From IMG/VR virus record IMGVR_UViG_3300007512_000012, positions 46,938 to 110,937 of that record: a DNA stretch of 64,000 bases; one strand, written 5' to 3'. The DNA is from a virus. The position numbers were made by a program, and so were the translations under genes. The notes beneath the pieces are model-generated. The model made no database searches. It had not been told where the DNA came from and worked only from the letters and a program-made list of their open reading frames with translations. Positions 9,193-19,076 of the stretch are shown in pieces (positions within the stretch are counted from its first letter, which is position 1; the number at the start of each line of letters is the position of its first letter).

Positions 9193-10119
9193 TCAGATGA
9201 CGTTGCCGAGCACGTCGTACACGACGACGGCCCGTGCGACACCCGTCGCGGGGACGTTGGCGGCAGCGATGGTCTGCGCCGGGGTAGCACCACCGCCGTA
9301 GGTGAACGCCGGGTTCAGGAACGTGAAGGTGGCGTCCTTCAGCTCGGCCAGCACCCCGTCCGTCGCGGACAGGTGCAGGTGGCCCGTGTCCACCACCTGG
9401 CGCACGTCGTTGAAGTTCGTGTCCTGAAGGCCCGTCTGCACGGCCGCCTGGCGGGGCTCGCCGGGGCGGATGTACGGGAAGGGCGACGTGGACGACCGGC
9501 CGCGCAGGGCACGAGCGGCCGTCTGCGTCGTGCGGACGCTGTCGGGCAGCTCGACGTTGGCGGCCGTGACGAACGCGCCCCGGACCACCGCGTCGAACAG
9601 ACCGGGGTTCGTCCGAACCTGCGACGCCGCCGGGAGACGCCACCGCTCACCCGCCAGGATGCGCAGGATCTCCTCGACCGTGCCGGTCGAGTTGCCGAGC
9701 GTGCCGTCGAGGTCGGAGCCCGCGACGCCCGCCGGGTTGTTGATGTGGACGTTGATCCGGGCCAGCGTCAGCGCGACACCGGCCGCCACGTCCGCCTCGA
9801 TGAGGCCGGAGATCGCCACCGCCTCGGCCGCCGTCAGCGACTCGTTGCCGCCCGTGTCCTCGACGTGGTCGAGGAGGTAGGCCGACAGGCCGTAGGTCAC
9901 GGCGGCGGTGTCGAGAGACGCACCACCGCCCGCACCGGCCACCGTCGCGACGGCGGCGTTCACGCCGTCGAGCAGGTAGTGCGTCGAGTAGTGCGTCTGC
10001 ACGTTGTCCTGCCCGTCGTAGGCGGGCGAGAACTGCGAGGCGTTCGGGCGAAGGTCGAGCACCTGGAGGAGGGAGTCGTCCAGGTCGTTCCGTGCGAGCA
10101 CGATGTAGGCGCGGGCCAT
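9193..10119 (-). CDS. Virion protein family A, paralog 2
   Basis: Same motif set; Ala/Gly/Thr-rich. Confidence 0.75.
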   Translation of the reverse strand: MARAYIVLARNDLDDSLLQVLDLRPNASQFSPAYDGQDNVQTHYSTHYLLDGVNAAVATVAGAGGGASLDTAAVTYGLSAYLLDHVEDTGGNESLTAAEAVAISGLIEADVAAGVALTLARINVHINNPAGVAGSDLDGTLGNSTGTVEEILRILAGERWRLPAASQVRTNPGLFDAVVRGAFVTAANVELPDSVRTTQTAARALRGRSSTSPFPYIRPGEPRQAAVQTGLQDTNFNDVRQVVDTGHLHLSATDGVLAELKDATFTFLNPAFTYGGGATPAQTIAAANVPATGVARAVVVYDVLGNVI

Positions 10120-10134
10120 CAGGGTCCTCCAGAG

Positions 10135-11481
10135 TCAGACGAGAAGCGTGCCGTCATCGTCGTAGACGGTGACGAGACGCTGGTTGAGCAGCGGTGCCTG
10201 CCGCTGGAGCGCGAGCGGGCTCAGGGCCGAGCGACGGTCCACGAAGGCCTGCACGTCGGGGTCGGGGAACAGGTTGACGCCCGCCGCGAACTGGGCGAGC
10301 TGCCCGGTGTTGATCGACGCCTGGAAGTGGGTCGAGTCCAGCGTGTCGCGAGCATCGCCGATCTCGTTGTTCACCACGTCGCCGCCGCCGCCCGCGTTGA
10401 AGATCGGCTTGTTGTTGCCGCCGCTGGTCTTCAGCCACTTCACGTCGGCGGTCGTGGCCCCCCACTCCCCGGAATCCATGTCGGTGTCCCAGGTGGTGTT
10501 GGGCGTGGTGAAGCTGCCGCGCAGCGTGTTCGACCAGATGTGGGCCTGGTCGGGGGCCGTGACGGCCGTGAACTTCAGCCCCGCCGCCGGGAGGCGGTAG
10601 GTGCGGCCCGCGAGCACCGAGAGGAACTCCAGCACCGTGCCGACCGAGCCGCTCGTGGCCGCCGCGCCCGTCAGGTCCGCCCCGGCGTTCGCCGTGAGCA
10701 GCGCGACGATGGCCGCCAGGTTCATGTTGGCCGTGCCCGCGTCCACCGCCGCCATGATGGCCGCCGTGGTCGCGGCGATGTTCGCCGCCGTCCAGGCCTC
10801 GTTGGTCCGGGCCAGCCGGTTCGGGACCGGCAGGGTGATCCGGGTGGCCGCACCGACGCCCGCCAGGGCGAGGGTCAGGTCACCCGTGTTGCCGAGCTGG
10901 TTGTTCTCACCGCCGCCCGTGTCGAACACCGCGTCGAGCTGGACGACACCGGCACCCGGAGCCGTGCCGAGGACGTAGATGTTGCCGTTGAGGCCGCGCA
11001 TCGTGACCTTGGCCGCCGCCGCGTTGATCACGTTGTTGACCAGCTCGACCGCCGTGAGGGCCGCCGTGCCCTGGATCTGGCAGATGAAGGGGTCGCCCAC
11101 GGTTCCGGCCGTGGTCGCGTCCGTCGCGCCCGCCGAGAACTCGATGTAGATCACGCCGTCGATGACGATGCGGTCGAGGGCGTTCGGGTTCACCGCGAGG
11201 GTGATGTTCGCCGTCGCCTGCTCCAGCGCCCCCGGCTCGACCTTGTCCACCAGGTAGGCCCCGAGGCCGTCGAAGTTCTGGAGGTTGGCGACCGCCGGAG
11301 CACCCGCCACGACCCCCGTCACCAGATGGACCGCCGGGGCGTCCAGCACCGGACGCCGCAGGTAGCGGTTCTGCCCGGCCGGGAAGGTCGGGTTGTTGTG
11401 CTGCGACACGTTCGGCCACAGGTCCGTGATCTGGAGGACGCCCTCGGGGACGTTTGCGTTTGCCAGGCAGATGAACGGCAT
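10135..11481 (-). CDS. Virion protein family A, paralog 1, with inserted beta-sandwich-like domain
   Basis: Same motif set plus an insertion starting ATANITLAVNP; first gene after a late-promoter motif. Confidence 0.75.
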   Translation of the reverse strand: MPFICLANANVPEGVLQITDLWPNVSQHNNPTFPAGQNRYLRRPVLDAPAVHLVTGVVAGAPAVANLQNFDGLGAYLVDKVEPGALEQATANITLAVNPNALDRIVIDGVIYIEFSAGATDATTAGTVGDPFICQIQGTAALTAVELVNNVINAAAAKVTMRGLNGNIYVLGTAPGAGVVQLDAVFDTGGGENNQLGNTGDLTLALAGVGAATRITLPVPNRLARTNEAWTAANIAATTAAIMAAVDAGTANMNLAAIVALLTANAGADLTGAAATSGSVGTVLEFLSVLAGRTYRLPAAGLKFTAVTAPDQAHIWSNTLRGSFTTPNTTWDTDMDSGEWGATTADVKWLKTSGGNNKPIFNAGGGGDVVNNEIGDARDTLDSTHFQASINTGQLAQFAAGVNLFPDPDVQAFVDRRSALSPLALQRQAPLLNQRLVTVYDDDGTLLV

Positions 11482-11533
11482 GATCGACTCTCCGTGTGGG
11501 CTCCAGAACCAGTCGCAGGCAGAGCACCCTCGC

Positions 11534-11554
11534 CTACTTCTCCCCGGCTATAGA
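11534..11554 (-). promoter_or_regulatory. Putative phage late promoter (TCTAT-N12-GTAG)
   Basis: Copy of the 8-copy motif. Confidence 0.65.
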
Positions 11555-11562
11555 GGAACTAT

Positions 11563-12345
11563 TCAACCTCGGCCCAGAACTCCGTGGATCGAGTACGGAC
11601 AGCCACCGGCCGCCGCTGTGGCAAGGACCACGCCCTTCGTGGACCCCGAGTAGATCTGCACCTCATCACCCGCAGCGACCGTCTGCATGATCTGGTTCGG
11701 GCCGAGGGCGACGAGAAGATCCTTCGCCCCGTCCAGGTTGCGGAGCGTGAACTCCACCATCGGGACGGGGAAGACCAGGTAGAGCGGGCGGGGTGCCGCC
11801 GTCGTCAGGTCTTCGTCGAAGGGGGGCACGGCACCCGCCGCAACACCGACCACCGCCGAGGGGGCGATCCCCTGGAGGGTGAAGGTCGGCTTCGGCAGGG
11901 CGTGCATCGCAGCGGGAGGAACGACGTAGATCGCCCCGAGCACCGGGAGCGGACCAGGAACGGTCAGCAGCCCGACGCCGTTGCGGTTCTCCTGCACGCG
12001 CAAGAACAACCACCCCTCGTCCGGCGGGAGCCCGCCAGCGGGGGCGACGTAGTCGTCCATGTCGAACATCGCGTGCGTGGTTCCGCGAAGGTTCTCATCC
12101 ACCCGGCCCAGGCCCCTGCGTCGCAGGGCGGGCGAGATGAACTTCGTGTCGCGGTTCACCGTGAACATCGCGTTCGCACCACCACCACCCACGCCGCTCG
12201 CCGCCGGGTTGCCGTAGGCGTCGTCGGGGGTCTGTGCGCCCCAGAACTGGTAGGCCACGACCGCCGGGTCATTGGGCAGGTACGTGTGGATCAGGTGTGG
12301 AGCCCGCTCCAGCAGCCCTGCGTAGTTGTGGAAGGGATTCGCCAT
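11563..12345 (-). CDS. Virion protein family B, paralog 2
   Basis: HxYAGLLER, YQFWGA, AYGxP, WxFLRxQENRNGxGLL, LQGxAPS shared with 12345..13556. Confidence 0.75.
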   Translation of the reverse strand: MANPFHNYAGLLERAPHLIHTYLPNDPAVVAYQFWGAQTPDDAYGNPAASGVGGGGANAMFTVNRDTKFISPALRRRGLGRVDENLRGTTHAMFDMDDYVAPAGGLPPDEGWLFLRVQENRNGVGLLTVPGPLPVLGAIYVVPPAAMHALPKPTFTLQGIAPSAVVGVAAGAVPPFDEDLTTAAPRPLYLVFPVPMVEFTLRNLDGAKDLLVALGPNQIMQTVAAGDEVQIYSGSTKGVVLATAAAGGCPYSIHGVLGRG

Positions 12346-13556
12346 CAGACCGACTCCCCGGCGACCACGCCGTGCAGCGAGAAGGCAGCTCCGGCCACTC
12401 CGTCAGGGCAGGCCAGGCACACGAACTTCGTGGTCCCGTCCATCAGCGTGAGGAAGTCACCGGCCGGGATGTTGCGCATCATCTGGTACGGACCGAAGGA
12501 GACGAGCAGGTTCACCGCCGACAGGTTGCGGACGGCCAGCTCCTTGAGCTGCTTCGGGAACACCAGGAACAGAGCCCTCGGCCCGGCCAGCGTCAGATCC
12601 TCGCTGAGGTCCGGCGGAGCGCCTGCGACACTCGCTGTGCTTGAAGGCGCGGTGCCCTGGAGCGAGAAGCTCGGCTCGCGGGTGCCGAAGAAGGCTGCCG
12701 GGGGGACGCAGTAGACCGGCCCGAGGACCGGGTCGTTCGCGTTGGCGACCGCCACCAGCGTCCCGGCTGCCACCGAGGCGGCGTCCAGGGCGATGCGCGG
12801 GGCGTCGGCCGTCGTGATCGTGAAGGCCGCCACGCTGCCGGGCACCAGGGCCGGGGTCCCGTCCTCCGGCTGGATGACCACCACCGCCGAGGGCGCACCG
12901 GGGTTCGTCGCGAAGGTGTGGTAGCCCGCCGGGGCTGCCAGGTCGAGCTGCGCACCGACATCGGCCGCGTCGTTCAAGGCCGCCGTCAGGTTCGCTGCCG
13001 CGTCGTTGTCGCCCGCACCGAGCCCGATGATGAACTCGTCGGCCGGGACACCCGTCCGACCCGCGATGTTGTTGGCCCCGGCCTGGAACTGGAAGATCAG
13101 GCCCTTGATGACCAGCTCGTCCCCGGCCCCCACGGCGGCCAGCGTGACCGTCGTCTCGGGGATGCCGAGGTTCTGGAGGAGGCCGATGCCGTTCCGGTTC
13201 TCCTGCGCCCGCAGGAACATCCAGCCGGTGTCGGGCTCCAGGGGAACGCCCGCACCGATGTAGTCCTCCACGTCGTACAGCAGGTGGGTCGTGCCCCGCC
13301 TGACCTCCTCGATGAGGCCGAGCCGCTTGCGGCGGAGGGTGGGCGAGCGGAAGCTCGCTCCCCGGTTGACCGTGAACAGGGCCGCCCGACCCGTGCCGCC
13401 CACACCGCTGTCCAGCGGGTCGCCGTAGGCGTTGTCCACCGTGTCGGCACCCCAGAACTGGTAGCCCACCACCTCCGCCTGGTCGCGCACGTAGGCGTGG
13501 ACGAGGTTCTTCGACCTCTCCAGCAGACCGGCGTAGGTGTGGAGGGGCGAACTCAT
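12345..13556 (-). CDS. Virion protein family B, paralog 1, with inserted domain
   Basis: As above plus a ~140-aa insertion. Confidence 0.75.
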   Translation of the reverse strand: MSSPLHTYAGLLERSKNLVHAYVRDQAEVVGYQFWGADTVDNAYGDPLDSGVGGTGRAALFTVNRGASFRSPTLRRKRLGLIEEVRRGTTHLLYDVEDYIGAGVPLEPDTGWMFLRAQENRNGIGLLQNLGIPETTVTLAAVGAGDELVIKGLIFQFQAGANNIAGRTGVPADEFIIGLGAGDNDAAANLTAALNDAADVGAQLDLAAPAGYHTFATNPGAPSAVVVIQPEDGTPALVPGSVAAFTITTADAPRIALDAASVAAGTLVAVANANDPVLGPVYCVPPAAFFGTREPSFSLQGTAPSSTASVAGAPPDLSEDLTLAGPRALFLVFPKQLKELAVRNLSAVNLLVSFGPYQMMRNIPAGDFLTLMDGTTKFVCLACPDGVAGAAFSLHGVVAGESV

Positions 13557-13954
13557 GCGCGCTTACCCCGGTTCTTCGCCGCGCGAGCACGCTTGTCGTA
13601 CTCGGTGGTGTCCTTGCCCTTCGAGGCGGCCAGCTTCCCGGCCTCGGTCCAGTTGTCCACCCGCTCGCCTTCGACGTTGGGGGCCAGGCCGAACTGCGGG
13701 CCGTCCATCTTGAGCTGGTGCTCGCGCTGTCCGACCCGAGCACGCCGCTCGGCCATCTGGCGCTTCACCTGGATGTTCTTGCCGGGCCACACGTCGCCCC
13801 GCAGGACTCCGCCGACGCCGGGGGCGATCTTCTTCTCGGCCGGGGCCTCGCAGTCCGGGCACACCTGCGGGGCGTTCCGGTTCGTGATGGACAGGGTTCG
13901 GAAGAAGGCGGTCCCGCACTCCTTGTCGCTGCACTCGTAGGCGTAGTCAGGCAT
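13553..13954 (-). CDS. FmdB-family zinc-ribbon protein
   Basis: MPxYxYxC...CG...F...CPxC; AGGAGG RBS. Confidence 0.85.
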   Translation of the reverse strand: MPDYAYECSDKECGTAFFRTLSITNRNAPQVCPDCEAPAEKKIAPGVGGVLRGDVWPGKNIQVKRQMAERRARVGQREHQLKMDGPQFGLAPNVEGERVDNWTEAGKLAASKGKDTTEYDKRARAAKNRGKRA

Positions 13955-16838
13955 CTCGTAGCACCTCCTGTGCTGCAAGATACCGAGCTGCCACGCGACG
14001 ACTGCTCTGCTCGAACTCGGGGTGCTCTGCGATCATCTCACCCAGACGCAGAGTATCGGCTAGATAGTGGAGATCGGGGCCGTCCCGGCCCTCGCTCCCC
14101 ATCCGCTTGCGGAACTTCGGGATGTCCCACCGCTTCGAGACGACGTGGTCGAACACCGCCAGGACGTGCTTGCAGGCCCGGTGCTGGCCGCTCGGGTCCT
14201 TCACCTTGGGCTTCGTCGCCAGGCCACGAGCCCGCCCGTAGAGGTAGTCGCCCTGCTTCGCGTGGAACTCCGGCCCCTGCCACTGCCAGAAGGGGCATGA
14301 GCAGCTCACCTTGACGTGGGCCTTCCGCATGTCGCGGACGTTGCCCTTGCGCAGCGCCTTGAGGCGGACCCGGTGTGCGCCCTTCGACCCCTGCACGTCG
14401 AACAGCCACACGGCGTTCTTCGAGTCCACGCGGGCGAGCCTGAGCTTGATGCCCCGGCTGCGGGCCACCAGGTCGGGGCCGCAGCCCTCGCGGATGTCGC
14501 GGATGAGGGCCGCCTGCCGCTGGATGTGCCCGGCCTCTTCACCAGGCAGGACCCGGCTGCCGGGCTCGCCCTTGACCTGGTCCTCGTGCGGGCCGAGCAG
14601 GCCGGGGTCGCCCGGCTTCTTCTTGCGGTCCCGCTTGCCCTTGCTCTTCGGCGTGCCCCGGTCGTACTTCGTGTCCGGGTCCATGTCCGGGGGCCGCTGC
14701 TCGCGGAAGAAGGTGGCGAGCACCTCGGAGGCGAGCTTGTTGACCGCCCCGTAGTAGAAGTCGTCGTCCTCGGGGTCGATGAGCTGGTCGTCGAGGGGCT
14801 CGTCTCCCCACCGCTTGTCGGTCGGGTGCATGAACTCCGACTCGATGGTGTAGAGGTTGACCAGGCTGTCGCCGATCTCCTCCGGGTCGCCATACGCCTC
14901 GATGCCGACCTCGGCGTCGATGAGGCCGAACATGGCGTCCTCGTCCTCCTCCGAGAGGAACCCGGCCACCACCAGGAACTCGCGCACGGGCATCGAGCGC
15001 AACATCCGGCTGCCAGGCTCCACCAGGTAGAAGTGGACCAGTCCGGTCATGCCGCTGATGTTGCGGACGTAGCCGAGCACCAGGTTGCCGTCTTCGGGTG
15101 CATCCGTCCGCACGAAGTCGCCCCCGAGGCCGATCTCCAGCACGAACGCGATGTCCGGGGCGGTGAGCACCTCACCGAGCCGCATCTTGAACCGCTCGGG
15201 GTGCTTGCGGCGAATCTGCTGCTGCTTCTTGAACTGCGGGTTCCGCTTGAGCCGCTTGTACCGCTTGCGCGACTGCTGCCGCGACTTCATCCGGTTGCGC
15301 TTGTAGCGCATCTTTGCCCGGATCTTGTCGATGCCTCGCTGCTTGCGACGCCGCTTGGTCGGCCGCCGCTTGAGCCGGAAGCCCGCGTAGGCCAGCCGGG
15401 TCAGCCAGGTGTCGAACAGGTCGTCGTCCTCGACGATGGGATCGTCCTCGCCGCCCTCGAACTCGAACACCTGGTCGAGGTAGGCGAACAGCTCGTCGGG
15501 GTCTTCGACGACGGCCTCGTCGAGGAACGTCCCGAGGCTCGCCGTGTCCCGGTCACCGTCGTCCCACTCGATGTGGACGGTGCCGAGCGGGCTCACCTCG
15601 ATGATCTCGCCCCACTCCTCCGTGGGGAAGTGCAGGAACGGGATCTCGACGGTGGCGTATGCCCTCTTCTTCGCCTTCTCCCGCTGCCGCTTGCTGCGCT
15701 CGGCGATGTTCCGGGCTCCGCCGCCAGGCCGCCGCTTGTGCCGCTGCGGCAGCTCCTCCCGCCACTCCTTGCGCTGGTTCCACATCCCGTGGTTGCGGAG
15801 CTGCCGCTGGCGGAGCTTCACCTTGCGGAGCTTCGGCCCCCGGTGCGTCCGATACCACTTGCGGTCGTACCGGGCGACCTGTGCCTTCTGCTCTCGCTCC
15901 CGCTGCTGGCCGGAGGGGTGGGGCGAGCGGTAGCGGGGCTTGTAGCTGATGGCCTCGCGGAACAACCACTCGTCGTCGAACTCGTCGAACTCGCCCTCGG
16001 CCGTCATGCCGGGCCGCCGGACAGGGCCTTCCGTCCGGGCCGGGGTCGTCGGGTGGGTCTTGCCGCCGTCGTACTGACCGCCAGGCACGCCCTTCGTCCG
16101 GGCCTTGTCCTTGTGGATCGAGCCGCCGGAGTCACTGCCGGACTCGCCAGGCACGTTGAAGGTCACGGGGCCTTCGACCGGCTTCTTGCGCGACCAGGGC
16201 GGGGAGGGCAGGCCACGGGTCGGGTACTTGCCCGTCCCCGAGGTGTCGCCCGTGTCGGACTTCGTGGGGGACGGGGTCTTCGTCCACGTCTGGACCCCGA
16301 ACTCCTTCTCCGGCTGGATGCCCGCATGTCGCGGGTGCAGGCCGCACATCTCCGGCCGGGGGTCCTTCATCCCCTTCCAGAACGTCGAGACGATACGGGC
16401 GACGCCCCGGTCGTTGACGAAGACCACCTGGAGGTCGCCGATGGTCTTGTCCACCCACTCGACGGGCTCGCCGTAGTTGGTGGCCCGCTGAAAGTCGTTC
16501 CACTGCCAGGACTTCTGCGACTTCCAGTCGTTGAGCTTCTTGCTGAAGTTCCGCAGGGCGACCCGCAGGTCACCGACCGTGATGCCCCGCTGGTCCATCC
16601 GGTACTGCGCGTGGGGCGTGATCTGCATCTGCTTGAAGATGCCGCCGCCCTTCTCGCGCTCCAGGTCGTAGACCTTGCGGGCCTCGGGGTTCGTGAGCTT
16701 GCGGCCGTGCTCGACCTTCTCGGCCAGGTCGTGCTTCAGCCGGGGGCTGCGCACCTCGTCCTCGATGCGCTCGACGACCTGGCAAGGGCCACCGGGCCAG
16801 CCGAGGCTCGGGCTGAGGTCTGCGGCACGCTCCCCCAT
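13947..16838 (-). CDS. Modular 963-aa late protein: DUF4258/RelE-like domain, two basic plus beta-barrel repeats, SWIM zinc finger
   Basis: ITPHAQYRMDQRGI...IVSTF; two Arg/Lys-rich tracts; VSCSCPFW...CKHVLAV; C-terminal RVAARY. Confidence 0.75.
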   Translation of the reverse strand: MGERAADLSPSLGWPGGPCQVVERIEDEVRSPRLKHDLAEKVEHGRKLTNPEARKVYDLEREKGGGIFKQMQITPHAQYRMDQRGITVGDLRVALRNFSKKLNDWKSQKSWQWNDFQRATNYGEPVEWVDKTIGDLQVVFVNDRGVARIVSTFWKGMKDPRPEMCGLHPRHAGIQPEKEFGVQTWTKTPSPTKSDTGDTSGTGKYPTRGLPSPPWSRKKPVEGPVTFNVPGESGSDSGGSIHKDKARTKGVPGGQYDGGKTHPTTPARTEGPVRRPGMTAEGEFDEFDDEWLFREAISYKPRYRSPHPSGQQREREQKAQVARYDRKWYRTHRGPKLRKVKLRQRQLRNHGMWNQRKEWREELPQRHKRRPGGGARNIAERSKRQREKAKKRAYATVEIPFLHFPTEEWGEIIEVSPLGTVHIEWDDGDRDTASLGTFLDEAVVEDPDELFAYLDQVFEFEGGEDDPIVEDDDLFDTWLTRLAYAGFRLKRRPTKRRRKQRGIDKIRAKMRYKRNRMKSRQQSRKRYKRLKRNPQFKKQQQIRRKHPERFKMRLGEVLTAPDIAFVLEIGLGGDFVRTDAPEDGNLVLGYVRNISGMTGLVHFYLVEPGSRMLRSMPVREFLVVAGFLSEEDEDAMFGLIDAEVGIEAYGDPEEIGDSLVNLYTIESEFMHPTDKRWGDEPLDDQLIDPEDDDFYYGAVNKLASEVLATFFREQRPPDMDPDTKYDRGTPKSKGKRDRKKKPGDPGLLGPHEDQVKGEPGSRVLPGEEAGHIQRQAALIRDIREGCGPDLVARSRGIKLRLARVDSKNAVWLFDVQGSKGAHRVRLKALRKGNVRDMRKAHVKVSCSCPFWQWQGPEFHAKQGDYLYGRARGLATKPKVKDPSGQHRACKHVLAVFDHVVSKRWDIPKFRKRMGSEGRDGPDLHYLADTLRLGEMIAEHPEFEQSSRRVAARYLAAQEVLRDA

Positions 16839-16840
16839 CG

Positions 16841-17248
16841 TCAGCTCCCCTTGAGCTGCGCCAGCAAGTAGCGGACGGCCACTCGGTCCATGACCAGGGC
16901 CTCGTGGGAGGCGTAGCGGTGCGCTCCGCCGCCGAAGGCGGGAAGGACCGCCTCGTCCACCTGGGTCTTGTCGTGAAGGGGCAGCCGGGCTTCGAGGAAC
17001 TTCTCGCCCATCTTCGTCAGGGCGAGCGACGTGCGGTCGAGGTCCAGCTCCAGCTTCTCCAGGCGACGGGGGGCCGCCTGGATGAGGTCGCCTGCCACCT
17101 GGTGCAGGTGGTCGGTGTGCTCAGACTGCTCGACGAGCTTCATCGCCCGGTTGACCAGGTGCTTGAGCCGGTGGGCCTCCACACGCGCAGCCACCACGCC
17201 CTCGGTGATGAGAGCCCAGGCTGCCTGGCTGCTCGCTGTCTTCGACAC
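16841..17248 (-). CDS. Helical hypothetical late protein
   Basis: GGAGGAG RBS; N-terminal KTA, C-terminal RVAVRY. Confidence 0.75.
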   Translation of the reverse strand: MSKTASSQAAWALITEGVVAARVEAHRLKHLVNRAMKLVEQSEHTDHLHQVAGDLIQAAPRRLEKLELDLDRTSLALTKMGEKFLEARLPLHDKTQVDEAVLPAFGGGAHRYASHEALVMDRVAVRYLLAQLKGS

Positions 17249-17278
17249 GGGGGCTCCTCCGGTAGGCCGGTTCGGCTT

Positions 17279-17299
17279 CTACCTTCCGCCCCTCATAGG
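17279..17299 (-). promoter_or_regulatory. Putative phage late promoter (CCTAT-N12-GTAG)
   Basis: Copy of the 8-copy motif. Confidence 0.7.
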
Positions 17300-17316
17300 A
17301 GGACTAGCGCCCTCGG

Positions 17317-18720
17317 TCAGGCGCGCTTCTCGGCCGCTGCCGCCTGCTTGGTCAGCTTGCTGCGGATCTGCGCGGCGACCTTCGGCGACTCCTTGTCGCA
17401 GATGGCCTCGATGGCCTCGGGCCAGTCGCCGTAGAAGTCCACGGCCTCCTCCACCCGCTTGTGCCAGTTGCGGCGGGTGGACCAGCCCTCGACGATCTCG
17501 GCGATCTCCTCGTCCTCGGTCTTCGCCGGGGGCGGGGCCGGTCGCGTGCGGCCCGCGACGGCGGCGTCCGGCAGCAGGGCGGCCAGGTCGTCTCCGGCCG
17601 TCGTGACCTCGACATCGCCCGTCGCCCCGCCCTCGCCGACGTGGTCGATGCCGACGTTGCCCTCGGCCGGGACCTGCGTGGAGCCCTGGCCCCGGACCGC
17701 CTGCGCCTGGTGGGTCTGCGTGTCGTCGGGGACGACCACCGCACCGGCCTCGCGGTTCTGCGGGGTCTTCGCGACCGCCCGACCGACCTGCACCGGCTGA
17801 CGCCGGGCGGCCTTCGTGACGTTCACGGCCTTGACCTCGCCCGCCTCGACGACGCCGTCGCCGACCGTGGCACCGGACGAGAACTTGTACTCCTTGCCCA
17901 CCGGGACGCCCCCGGCGTCGTCGGCGATGACCTGGTACTTGCCGCCCTTGCCCGCCCGGCGACCACCCTGGTCGGCCGTGTCGTGCCGCGTGCCGCCCAT
18001 CTCATCCCGCGTCTTCGCGGGGTCGGCCTCCTCCAGGGCGGCCTGCCTCGCTGCGATGCGGTCGCGGTTGATGCGCTCGGCTCGGGCCACCTCCGCCCGC
18101 TCGGACGGCGACGCGGCCGGGGCGTTGCCCGTGCCCGCCTGGTGGACCGGGGTGGCCTTCACGAACTGCTGCTCCTTCTCGGCGTCCTCCATGAAGATGT
18201 CCTCGACATCCGGGGACACCTCGGCAGCGTGCTCGGCTCCCGACGCGCTCATGTCCACGTCCAGGGCCTCGGTCGGCTCGGCGGCGGCGGCGGTGATGCC
18301 GAGGTCGGCCTTCCGCTGTGCCCGCTGCGCACGCAGCTCGGCCAGGCGGTTGCGGTCGCCCGAAGACGCGGCCTCGCGGATCTGCTTGGCCTCGCCCATC
18401 GTGCCGATGACCGCCTCCTCCTCGGCCGCCTCGCCCATCTCGAAGGTGTCCCCGCGCTCGCGGGCCTCCGGGGTCGCGTGGCTGACCTGCACCCCGGCGG
18501 GCTTCGCCTGGTAGGTGGTGGTCTGGTCTTCCGCGACGACGAACCAGTCGCCCAGGAGGCTCTGGAGCTGCGGGACCGCGTACTCGACGCCCGCGTAGCG
18601 CACGGTCTGGCCGTCGTAGTCGAACTCATCGGCCTCGGCGATGTCCATTTCGTACTTGCCGACGTGGATCTTGTTCGTCGCCCGGTACGTCTTGAACTGG
18701 CCTCGCTTGAACTTGCTCAT
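17317..18720 (-). CDS. Hypothetical protein, largely low-complexity
   Basis: GGAGG RBS; folded-looking termini and an Ala/Glu/Gly-rich centre. Confidence 0.75.
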   Translation of the reverse strand: MSKFKRGQFKTYRATNKIHVGKYEMDIAEADEFDYDGQTVRYAGVEYAVPQLQSLLGDWFVVAEDQTTTYQAKPAGVQVSHATPEARERGDTFEMGEAAEEEAVIGTMGEAKQIREAASSGDRNRLAELRAQRAQRKADLGITAAAAEPTEALDVDMSASGAEHAAEVSPDVEDIFMEDAEKEQQFVKATPVHQAGTGNAPAASPSERAEVARAERINRDRIAARQAALEEADPAKTRDEMGGTRHDTADQGGRRAGKGGKYQVIADDAGGVPVGKEYKFSSGATVGDGVVEAGEVKAVNVTKAARRQPVQVGRAVAKTPQNREAGAVVVPDDTQTHQAQAVRGQGSTQVPAEGNVGIDHVGEGGATGDVEVTTAGDDLAALLPDAAVAGRTRPAPPPAKTEDEEIAEIVEGWSTRRNWHKRVEEAVDFYGDWPEAIEAICDKESPKVAAQIRSKLTKQAAAAEKRA

Positions 18721-18788
18721 CTAGATCGTCCTCCGCCTGGAGTATGGCCCCATGAACGGGGTGGAACCTGTGAACCCTACCCGGCCAC

Positions 18789-19064
18789 TCACAGACCTTC
18801 CTCGCGAGCAGCAGAAACGCTACCCGCCTGGATGTCTGCTTCCAGCGCACCACTGATCTTGTCGCGGATGACGGGCAAGAAGACCTTGCGGACCGGGACC
18901 CTCGCAACGACCTTCGCCTGCCGCTCACTGGCCGAGTAGACCAGGAACTCCAGCAGGCACCGGCCATCCGCCGTGTCGTTGAACCGGAAGGCGTTGGCGA
19001 ACACACCGAAGGCCAGGCGGGGGTCCACAACCACCTCGCAGACGACCCGATCCTGTCTCGGCAT
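18789..19064 (-). CDS. Hypothetical protein, paralog of 7098..7376
   Basis: Colinear motif similarity (NAFR, LEFLVYS, VVARV, IRD). Confidence 0.7.
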   Translation of the reverse strand: MPRQDRVVCEVVVDPRLAFGVFANAFRFNDTADGRCLLEFLVYSASERQAKVVARVPVRKVFLPVIRDKISGALEADIQAGSVSAAREEGL

Positions 19065-19076
19065 GTCGGCTCCCGG

